DNA from: Girardia tigrina
Taxonomy: Eukaryota
Direction of reading: 5' to 3'
Assembly (NCBI GenBank): GCA_001938485.1
Contig: MQRK01223727.1
Coordinates: 7,213 to 71,212 of the forward strand
Length of the DNA: 64,000 nucleotides
In this document: piece after piece, positions 53,901 to 64,000 of the stretch
Position numbering within the stretch: the stretch's first letter is position 1
Layout: each line of letters begins with the position of its first letter
Notes under the pieces: model-generated
Databases searched by the model: none
What the model was told of the DNA's origin: nothing
The model's input: only the letters and a program-made list of their open reading frames with translations
Made by a program: the position numbers and the translations under genes

Positions 53901-56900
53901 AACAGCAAAAATTTACGAAAAAAATACTTAAAAATAAAAAAAATATTACTGAAAATATTTAGAAAATTAATTAAAAAAATCAAAAATTGTAAAAATTTAT
54001 TATAAAAAAATTATTGAAAAATTTATAAAATTATGAAAAAAATACTTAAAAATTAAAAAAAATATAACAACATTTTTTTTACTGGAACTATTATGAAAAT
54101 TATTTAAAAAATAATTAAAAAATGTAAAAAAAGTAAAAGATTCAAAATGAAGAAATATAATAAAATCAGGGATTCAATTTTTTACTTTTTCTTTTAAAAA
54201 TCAAATAACAGCAAAAATTTACGAAAAAGAATATTAAAAAAACAAAAATTAATTACAAAAAATATTGAAAATTATGAAAAAAATACTTAAAAATCAAAAA
54301 ATATTACAAAAATTTTTTACTGAAAATATTTTGAAAATTGTTTAAAAAAATATTAAAAAATATCAAAATGTAAAAGATTCAAAATGAAGAATTATAATAA
54401 TAATCAAAGATTCAATTTTTTACTTTTTAAAAATCAAATAACAGCAAAAATTTACGAAAAAAATACTTAAAAATAAAAAAAATATTACTGAAAATATTTA
54501 GAAAATTAATTAAAAAAATATTGAAAAAAATCAAAAATTGTAAAAATTTATTATAAAAAAAATTATTGAAAAATTTATAAAATTATGAAAAAAATACTTA
54601 AAAATTAAAAAAAATATAACAAAATTTTTTTACTGGAACTATTATGAAAATTATTTAAAAAATTATTAAAAAATGTAAAAAAAGTAAAAGATTCAAAATG
54701 AAGAAATATAATAAAATCAGGGATTCAATTTTTTACTTTTTCTTTTAAAATTTCTTTTAAAAATCAAATAACAGCAAAAATTTACGAAAAAGAATATTAA
54801 AAAAATAAAAATTAATTACAAAAAAATTATTGAAAATTATGAAAAAAATACTTAAAAATCAAAAAATATTACAAAAATTTTTTACTGAAAATATTTTGAA
54901 AATTATTTAAAAAAATAAGAGATTCAAAATGAAGAAATATAATAATAATCAGGGATTCAATTTTTTCCCAATTCGCACTCCTGTTACCGGGAAATAAAAA
55001 TCCTAAAAATTAATTTCCCGGGAAATCTGAGGAGCGGATTATAATACGATTCAACTTATTGATTAAAGTAATTTATAAATCGCAAATTATTATTTTTTGA
55101 CAACAAGAAATTAATTTTACAAATTAAAAAAAAATAATAATAAATATTTAAAAAATAAATAAAATATTTTAAATTATGTCAAAATAAAAAAAATGAAAAT
55201 AAATGTAAAGATCGATTAAATAATTTTAAAAAAATAAGAAAATTTTTCTATATATTTTTAGTTATTTTTTTATAAAATTTTTTTATCTTTTTTGATTTTC
55301 AAAAGAAATTTACCGATTCGTCACCAACTTAAATAATATTTCTTATTTTAATTAATTAATTAAATGACACTTATACGTTGAAATTACAGTGACCCTTAGA
55401 GAATGTGCCCGATTGTGCAGTCCCCATGAAAAGTTACTGTTGTCATGACAACCGATCAAGAATCATTACCATAAAGTTAGCGACCGATTTCCCGTCGAAC
55501 GCGTCAATGACTTTGATCTGGCTGCCGTTGCTGCAGATCGCGATCATCCTCCCGTTCGGACTGAACTTGAGCGCGTTCCACTCGTCCTCGGCCTCCTGGG
55601 TCACCTCGAACGTCACGAACGGCCCCTTGTCGTAGGCGCGCAGGTCGTACAGTCGCATGCTCTCCGAGTTCACCCCGGCCACGAATATGTGGCCCTCCGG
55701 GTCGAATGCGCCGACCGGGCGACCGGCGGTGTGGATGAATCCCTGGTGGAACGAGATTATCGATTATCGATCGATTACAACCATTTGCACCCACTTGAGA
55801 ATTGTGAGCCTTGAGATCCCACAATCGGATGGTCTTGTCGAGCGAGCCCGACAGGAACAGGTCGCTCACCGGGGACATGTTGAGCGTCACCACTCTGAAC
55901 GTTTTTATAACACCACACAAATATTATTAATTAAATCAATAAAATTAATTAAATTTTAAATTTAAAAATAATCTAAAAAATAATAAATATAAAAATGAAA
56001 TAACAAAAAAATTCTAAAAATTAAAAAAAATAATTTTATAACAATTAAAAATTTAATTTATCAGAAAATATCATTTAAATAATTTTTAATGGTAAAAAAA
56101 TTTTTTTGTAAAATATTCTTTAAATCATTAGGAATAAATTTTAATTTGAAAAAATTATAAAAATATAAAGAATAAAAAATTAAGTTTTAATTTTTCAGAA
56201 AAAAAATCGTATCGATTTAAATATTTTTAACGATAAAAAATATTCTAAAAATTAAATTTTAATTTTGAATAATCTAAAAATAATAAATAAAAAATTAAAA
56301 TATTTTTAACGGTAAAAAAACGTTCTAAAATATTATTTAAAAATCAATAAAATTAAATTTTAATTTTGAAAATTATAAAAAAATATAGAAAAAATTATAA
56401 ATATTAAATTTAAAAATAATTTTGAAACAATTAATTTCTACGGTAAAAAAATGTTCTAAAATATTATTTAAATCAAAAATAATTAAATTTGAATTTTGAA
56501 AAATTATTATAATATAAAAAAAATTTTAAATTTAAAAATAATAAATATAAAAATGAAATAACAAAAAATTCTAAAAATTAAAAAATATTAATTTTGTAAC
56601 AATTAAAAATTTAATTTTTCAGAAAATATCATTTAAATAATTTTTAATGGTAAAAATTTTTTTTTCGTAAAATATTCTTTAAATCATTGAGAATAAATTT
56701 TAATTTTAAATATAAAAATAATATAAAAAAATAATAAATATAAAAATTAAAATATTNNNNNNNNNNNNNNNNNNNNNNNNNNNNNNNNNNNNNNNNNNNN
56801 NNNNNNAAAAATAATATAAAAAAATAATAAATATAAAAATTAAAATATTTTAGCGGTAAAAAAACGTTCTAAAATATTATTTAAAAATCAATAAAATTCA

Positions 56901-59900
56901 ATTTTAATTTTACAAAATTAAAAAAAAATATATTTAATATAAAATTAATATTTTAAAAATAAAATAATAATAGATAAATGCGTACCGTTTTGTGTGACCG
57001 ATGAAATAGCGAATGTATTTGTTATCGTGCAGGGAGAGATAGCGAATTGTGTCTGTTAAATAGAAATAGATTATTTTGAATGCAATTTATTTTCTTCCGA
57101 TTTATTAACTAATAAAATATTTTACTAATGTAAAATTAATTTTTTTCTAAAATTCCGAAATCGATTAAATCATAAAAAAACTATTTAATTGAATTTATTA
57201 GTCTAAAAAAATTATAAAAAATTACAAAAAAATATAGAATAATTTAAAAAAATCGGTAAATATTTTACAATTATCAAATATTAAATTATTTTGAAAATAA
57301 CTAAAATAACATATTTTAATATTTAATTTAAATAGTATTAAAAAATTCCAATAAAAATAAATTGATTAATTTTAAGGACGTTTTTTAATATAAATATATT
57401 TAAAATAAATAATAATAATTAAAGTAAATAATAATAAAATAAAAATATAGTAATAATTATTTTGATGTATTAATATATTTATTCAAAGCGCCCTCGAACA
57501 AATTCAAATAAATTCTTTGGTTTACCGTCGATCTTGGTGGAGGCGTGAATGGCCGTGTTGGAGGAGTGCGTGAATTGCATCAGATTCACTCCGTATTTCT
57601 TGCTGTTCAAATGGCGCTTCGCTCTTAAAATAGACACAAATTTATCATTGCGACACAAAATTGCTAATAAATTAATTCTTTTTAATTACTTTCTTCACTT
57701 AATAATTATAACTTATTTCTTTTTATTTATTATTTAATAATTTATCAATGTAACGTAGTCTTAATGGAAAATATCTATGGTCATTGTGTAATCAATGACT
57801 ATTTTTAATTCTTTGTAATTTTTTGCCTCATTTTTTAAAACTATTTTTATTTAATCTTATTTTTCCATAGAAAATTTAACTGAAACTAATTTAAAAAATA
57901 GAGAAAACAATTCCTAAAAAATATTTTAAATTTACAATAAGGAACGAATGTTATACTGTCCCCATATAGTATGTAATCTGTATAGATTATATAATTTCGT
58001 TTCGAATTAGAGGAATAACTGGTGGAATGGATGAATAAAATAGTTAATTAATCAATAAAAAATTAAATAATTAATTATTAATTTTGATTGAAATTCAATC
58101 AAATCAAATTTAATAATTTATTTGTTAAATAATTTATTTAAGAAAATAAATAATAAATTAAATAATTTATTCATTCAATAATTGATTTATTGATTTACTA
58201 ATTTATTTATTCAATGAATTAAATTAATTAATTGAAATAATTTATTATTAATTTATTAAATAAATAATTAATCTTAAAGAATAAATTAATTAAAAAAAAT
58301 AAATAATTAATTAATTAAAAGTTATTTAATTAAAATTTATTCAATGAATTAAATTAATTAATTAATTAAAATAAAAATTCGAAAGCCAATTGAAAACATT
58401 TATTAATTTCGACGGTTCAACCGTCATCGTCAGAACAAATGATTTTTCAAACGAAATTTACTTATATAGTGCAGTTAATGATTGTGTAATCAATTCGTAA
58501 TCATCATTTAAAAAAGGGGATGAAGAGAGGATTATTCCTTCTTTTATATTTAAGAAGAAATTTCATGAATGCCTAGAGAATGAAGAAGTTCGGAAAATTC
58601 AGCACAAGATCCTGAGAAGAATGTTGGAAAAAGAAAAGCAAAGACGAAACGAAATTATCACACATCTGGACAATCAATCGAAACCTCCTTAATGATGTAA
58701 GTGGTGATTTTTGTTATCAATTATGTATAAGTATGGCTGAAAATTCTTCTAATAAAACCATTAATGATAAAATTAGTGCACAGAATAAAAAGTTGTCTAA
58801 ACTGTGCCATATTCAGAGGGGTTTAAAATATTTAAAAATTCTATTTTGAAAGCGCTAGATAATGCAATAAGTTTAAAGGTAATATCCCGCACTCAGAAAA
58901 TTGAAAGCATGTTCTGCAATAAATCTCCAACGCCATTGGGATTGTGTTCGGATGTCATTTACCAATATACATGTAATGGGTGTAACGCCACATACATTGG
59001 AGAGACTTCACGTCATCTCTGTAAGAGAATCCAGGAACACAGTCGCAATGAAAGTGGAAGTAACATTGCATGACATAGAAGACATTGTAAAGGAGATATA
59101 AATTCACAATACTTTAAAATCTGTGCACTCAATTTAAGAATTACTGGGAGAGAGTGACTGTGTTCCTGGATTCTCTTACAGAGATGAGGTGATGTCTCTG
59201 CAATATATGTGACAAGAGCAATCGTGTAACACTAATGATAACAGTTTGAGAATTGGTTATGTGTTAACTGTGCCATATTCAGAGGGGTTTAAAATATTTG
59301 AAAATTCTATTTTGAAAGCGCTAGATAATGCAATAAGTTTAAAAGTAATAAATAAATCTCCAACGCCATTGGGATTGTGTTCGGATCTCATTTACGAATA
59401 CACATGTAATGGGTGTAACGCCACACACATTGGAGAGACTTCGCGTCATCTCTGTAAGAAAATCCAGGAACACAGTCGCAATGAAGGTGGAAGTAACATT
59501 GCTGGACACAGAAGACATTGTAAAGGAGATATAACTTCACAATACTTTAAAATCTGTGCACTCAATTTAAGAATTACTGGGAGAGAGTGACTCGTGTGAA
59601 GCGTTGTATATCAGATCTTTGGATCCTAAAATTAGCGTTCAAACTGCACTCTCTACAACTTTGTTGAGAGTTTTTAAATGATGTACTGATTACGTATTGA
59701 TTTCATAATCATTAACTGCACTATATAAGTAAATTTCGTTTGAAAAATCATTTGTTCTGACGATGACGGTTAAACCTTCGAAATTAATAAATATTTTCAA
59801 TTGGCTTTCGAATTTTGATTTAAATAATCTGCCAATTTTATTTCAATTTATTCATAATTAATTGAAATAAATTAAATTAATTATTAATAATTTATTAAAT

Positions 59901-60614
59901 AAAGTAATTAAATAAATAATTAATCTTAAAGAATATATAAATCTTCACAGATTACACAATATGTGTGGGCGGTATAACAGTGTACCTACAATAATTTTAG
60001 ATATATAAAATGTATCAGGTATGACTGGAAAAAATATGAAATAAATTTATTTCCATCTGAAATAGGGGTATAAATATTTTCTAAAATAAGTCGAATATTT
60101 TCCAGATTAAATCAGTGAAGTTAGTAGTTGTGTAATCATTTTAAATATTTTTAAAGTTCACTTAAATTTTTTTTAAAAATATTAAATTTTTTTATTTTTG
60201 TATTAACTGGAAAAAACTAAATAAAATATTTAAAAAAATAATTTAAATAAAATATCAATAAATAAATGGCTTTTTAGAAATAAATCAATAAATAATAAAA
60301 AAATAAAGTCGAAAAATAATATGTACAAATTCGATTCTTCACCGAGCAGTTATAATTAATTTATTTCAGTAGATTTATGGAAATGAATTAATTAAAACCA
60401 AATAGACGACCGACAACCAAAAACCACACAAAATCGGGTACAAATACACTTACACTCCAGTCACACAATCGTAAATGATCATTTGCTCATCGTAACTCGA
60501 TGAAATCAAATTCTCTCCATTCGATGAGAAACTCAACGAATTGATTTTATCGGTGTTGTCTTTGAAATATTTCGATGGGACGAATTTTTTGATGTTATTA
60601 TCGTTCAATTTCAT
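50982..60614 (-). CDS. WDR82: WD repeat-containing protein 82 (Swd2; SET1/COMPASS and PNUTS-PP1 subunit)
   Basis: Six phase-consistent GT-AG exons: 60614-60454, 57623-57526, 57052-56986, 55894-55795, 55742-55470, 51245-50982 (TGA). Protein [85 protein letters not shown] on the minus strand at 50881-86. Confidence 0.97.
51516..51999. mobile_element. MITE in WDR82 intron 5
   Basis: Imperfect TIR GGGATCATCCATTTATTACGTACGCA / TGCGTACATAATATACGGATGGTCCC. Confidence 0.65.
52335..52612 (+). mobile_element. Possible non-LTR retrotransposon 5' remnant with a C2H2 zinc finger
   Basis: Frame [30 protein letters not shown]; runs into an N gap. Confidence 0.35.
53660..54965. repeat. A-rich satellite with ~550-bp higher-order period
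   Basis: AGATTCAAAATGAAGA recurs at ~53826, 54138, 54375, 54690 and 54920, with alternating ~312/~235-bp spacing. Confidence 0.85.
55945..56960. repeat. AT-rich tandem duplication (~570-bp period) in WDR82 intron 3
   Basis: The block starting ~55951 recurs at ~56521; contains an N gap. Confidence 0.75.
58397..58441 (-). ncRNA. Minimal hammerhead-ribozyme-like motif (Penelope-associated)
   Basis: Minus strand CATTTGTT-CTGACGA-T-GACGG TTGAA CCGTC-GAAA-TTAATAAATG: conserved cores flanking a perfect stem II. Stem III is minimal or defective. Confidence 0.55.
59749..59792 (+). ncRNA. Second hammerhead-like motif (inverted copy)
   Basis: CATTTGTT-CTGACGA-T-GACGG TTAAA CCTTC-GAAA-TTAATAAAT; one mismatch in stem II. 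Confidence 0.5.
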
Positions 60615-63600
60615 TGTTGGTTTTTATTTTGTCGCTATTATAATCCAATCGTTCAAAATGTCTTCTTGAAAAAAATGTGAATATTTAAACAAATTTGTTT
60701 ACATTGTCTTTATTTTGAATCTAATGTTTTATGATGAAAATAAAAAATTAAATCATTTTAAATAACCAATCATAGAAATCTGTTATTATTATTTTTGAAA
60801 AAAATAATCTAATGAAATTTTTTTAGTTTTGGAAATAATGGAAATTTTGGTAACAAAAATATGTGTTTCAATTTCATTTTGATTGGTACATAGGAATATA
60901 TATGTACCTAATTTTTAAGAAAAAATAAAACAATTAATACTGAAATAAGATTTTAATAATTCGGTTTTTGCAAAAACGTTTTGCGAATATTCCACAAATG
61001 TTTAAAATGTATTACATAGAAAGATTTTGGTGTTTTTTCTTCCGTTCTTTAAAGTTTATTATGTTATTAGTAACTATTTTAATTACAGTGGTAATGTAAA
61101 AAAATTGTATGAAATTTTCCTTTCTACAAAGGATTTAAATATTTACCAATAACATAATAAAGTTATTAAATAAAATGTAATAGTAATTTTCTTTTCTACA
61201 AAAGGTAACAAAAAATTCTGTTGGCCAGGTAGAGTTTTGTCTGCATAATCCATTGATATTAAAATGTTTTTTTTGATTTCTAGTTAAAATACTATTTTGA
61301 TTTATTAATTTGCAAGTTTTATTATCTAAAATTTATAAAATCTTTTAAAATATTCAATCTTAATTAATTAAAAATAAAATTGTATATTAAGTCTAAATTT
61401 GAATAAATTAATTTCAGATATAAAGAACTAAAATATTAGTCAATCATATGACTATGAGAGACACAATCATAATATAATAAATTAAACTTGCGAAATTTTC
61501 GATTATGTTGGGGTATTGGGTAGATATTTGCAATTTGTGTATAGGTATATAGATTTAATTCAAAACAAAAGGAAATTATTAAAATAAATTACATTAAATC
61601 TTTATGACAATTACAAATTACAAAAAAGTTGAAAAAAACCTTATTTAAATTTACCGTAGGTGGTGGGATAATATATCCTCACGACCTTCTTATTTAAATT
61701 AAGATTTAAACAATTTTATGAAAAATCAATTGATCATTCTTGGGTAGATTACCTTTCAGTCAATAACTTGCACTTTGATTAATAATTTCGATTGGTGCTT
61801 ATATTAAATTCGGTTTCACGTACAGTTCAGGGTCCAAACCGTGATCGTCCAAATTACGGTTACTAAAAATAAAGCAGCTAGGTCAAAGTGCAAAACTAAT
61901 TAACTTTTCATTAACTTTTAATTAATTTTGTTGTACTTTTTTATTCTTTTCTTTCCTTTTTTATACTTCTTTTTAACTTTTTAATTAATTTATTTACAAT
62001 TTGATGTTTAATGTTTTTATTCTTTATGTAAATATTCTATTTTCTAATCATTTTTATGCTTATTATTTATTTGTTTTTATTATTGAGTTTATAGTAAAAA
62101 GTAAATAATTTTCTTATTTTACTGATTTAAACAAAATTTTAATTTTTAAAACTTTATTAATATTTCTTTACTCAACAATTATATGAAAGTGTTGAGATTA
62201 TCTAGTGTTCATTAAAATTAACAAAAAATCAAGTGATTTTATACAAAAGGGATTTTATCTTAATTACAATCAGAATAAAATGTTAAAAAGTTTTTCGGCT
62301 CCTGGTCGATTTTATACTTGATTACATAGAGCCTTAATGACAACTCGCAATCTTAGTTTAGTTAAATAAGATTGTACTTTTTCAGAACAATAAATGTATA
62401 TATAGTAATATATTAAACTTTTTAATTATTAAAATAATTCTATTAATTACACAGGAATAAATTCTGTCAACTTCAGTAAAGAATCTTTTTTCGTCAAGTA
62501 TCGCAAGACCTCTCGATTACATTTTTACGTACTTCACACTTAGATGTTTACGCACTTCTCGATTAGATTCTTACGTTCTCTCTATAAGATTTTACGTTCT
62601 CCCTTAATTTGAAAAGTAGATTTTTAAAGTAGATTTTTAAAGTAGATTTTTAAGTAAATATATGCGACGCTTGAATGTCGTCTAGACCAGGTCATTTAAC
62701 CATCTGATTTCAAAATAAACTATCTTAAATTTCTCTTGTTAGATCTTAAAATCTTGAACTTGAAAATATAATTAATCTTAATTAATAATTACCTTTTATA
62801 ATGTAATTTCTTATTTACTTTCTTTTAAAATTAATTTTATTTATAATTTTTATATTTTTGTTTGTTATTTCTTCTAAATAATTTAAATTTTACTTTTCTT
62901 TTATTTATCTAAACTTTCTTATTTCCTTTATTTATTATTTCCTTTATTTATTTCATTTAGAATTTATCGAGGGTGGCGATTTAATGAGGGGTGTCTTAAC
63001 GAGGTGAGACAGTATAAAATGTATAAAAGAATTATTTTGTTTTGTTCTTCGTGTTTGCTTGTGGTTGTTATCTCTGTCATTGCGAATATTTATGGGGATG
63101 TGATATTTATGTATGCTGCTTGGGTATATTTGTGGGTAATGTTGATGTTGATTAGGTATTTAAAACTAAGGTACGGCTTCGATCACAATAAAATAAAAAT
63201 CTCGATAGAAAATGAAAATAAACATAATACTACATACAAATACATAAAATTTAAAATATTCCTCTCAATAACATAGTTTAAATTTATTGTATTCTAGAAT
63301 AATAAATTTTGTAATAATTAATTTCGGTCATTTGGGAATTCGGTCTTTTGGGATTCGGTCATTTGACCGGATCCCATTTTAAAGCCATTTAACAATTAAT
63401 ATTGTGTCGCGCTCCATTCTCTTCGAAACATTTTTGACAGCCCTGAGCCCCCAGTCGTACATAACGGGGAACGGCAACCCACTAACACTCTCTACACTTA
63501 CAAGGTGAGCGGACGCGTCTCTTCCACGTACATCTATCCAGTGGTGTACGCTTCGGGGAGCCAACGGGTTCGAACCGGTAACGTGTATTGCTCGACCAGT

Positions 63601-64000
63601 AACCTCAGCGCCTAAGGACTTGAAGTCTTTCATCATTTACTACACTTCGTTTGCCTCCACAATTTATATTCATTTCAAATTTCGGGCGAATAGAGCCCCA
63701 AAGAAATAAACGTCGATCAATCCACGTGCCCCTTGCATTCTGTGGTCAGCCTGCGTCCCCTCCGAAAGGTTCTTCGCCTCAGTTATAGATTCAGCTGTTA
63801 TTGTTCATACCTATTGTTGAGTTCACCTTAGGACGGAGAACTCGTGACCTGTAAAATCGGTGAAACTCGCGCGCTGCTCCGAAGCGAGGGCTGAACGGAG
63901 AAAGAGGATTCGTCGCTAACTGCTGTGACGAAAATTCGGTAATTTGAAAATATCTCCGAAAGGTTTCACGATTTTTTTGGTTCGGAAGAATAATGAGGAT

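Larger units (their letters stand above)
57950..59978 (+). mobile_element. Penelope-like element with inverted terminal arms and duplicated GIY-YIG region
   Basis: Two tandem copies of VPYSEGFK..(V/L)IY(Q/E)YTCNGCNAT(Y/H)[14 protein letters not shown] (58800-59157, 59266-59590). Inverted arms: 58374-58502 vs 59686-59816, and 57950-57990 vs 59937-59978. Confidence 0.88.

Noticed and set aside
63004-63276. Hydrophobic 90-aa ORF as a membrane protein
   Set aside because: Hydrophobicity follows from T-richness; it more likely is the antisense of an A-rich repeat 3' end.

Overview
This is eukaryotic (invertebrate animal) genomic DNA: AT-rich, dense in transposons, with several N gaps. Intron sizes and the repeat content would fit a triclad flatworm, but that is inference only. 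Four host genes are supported: the 3' part of an FMNL-type formin (+, 8 exons, ~3432-21410), an intronless secreted trypsin-like protease with an N-terminal six-cysteine module (-, 37359-38459), an intronless Tctex-1-domain dynein light chain (+, 44763-45209) and a complete WDR82/Swd2 gene (-, 6 exons, 50982-60614). Almost everything else is nested mobile DNA: mariner, Tc1, a DD41D/rosa-like element, Chapaev3, hAT, Merlin, MULE, Gypsy-type LTR elements, six TG..CA insertions with 5-bp target duplications, Penelope-like elements and AT-rich satellites. The most interesting observations are: (1) two TG..CA elements with matching ends but different interiors, one carrying an LRRC14/PRAME-like LRR reading frame; (2) a helically phased array of RFX X-box motifs; (3) a transposase with 46-residue catalytic spacing; (4) a Merlin element with non-inverted ends; (5) an inverted Penelope structure with hammerhead cores; (6) substitutions at conserved FH2 actin-binding positions.
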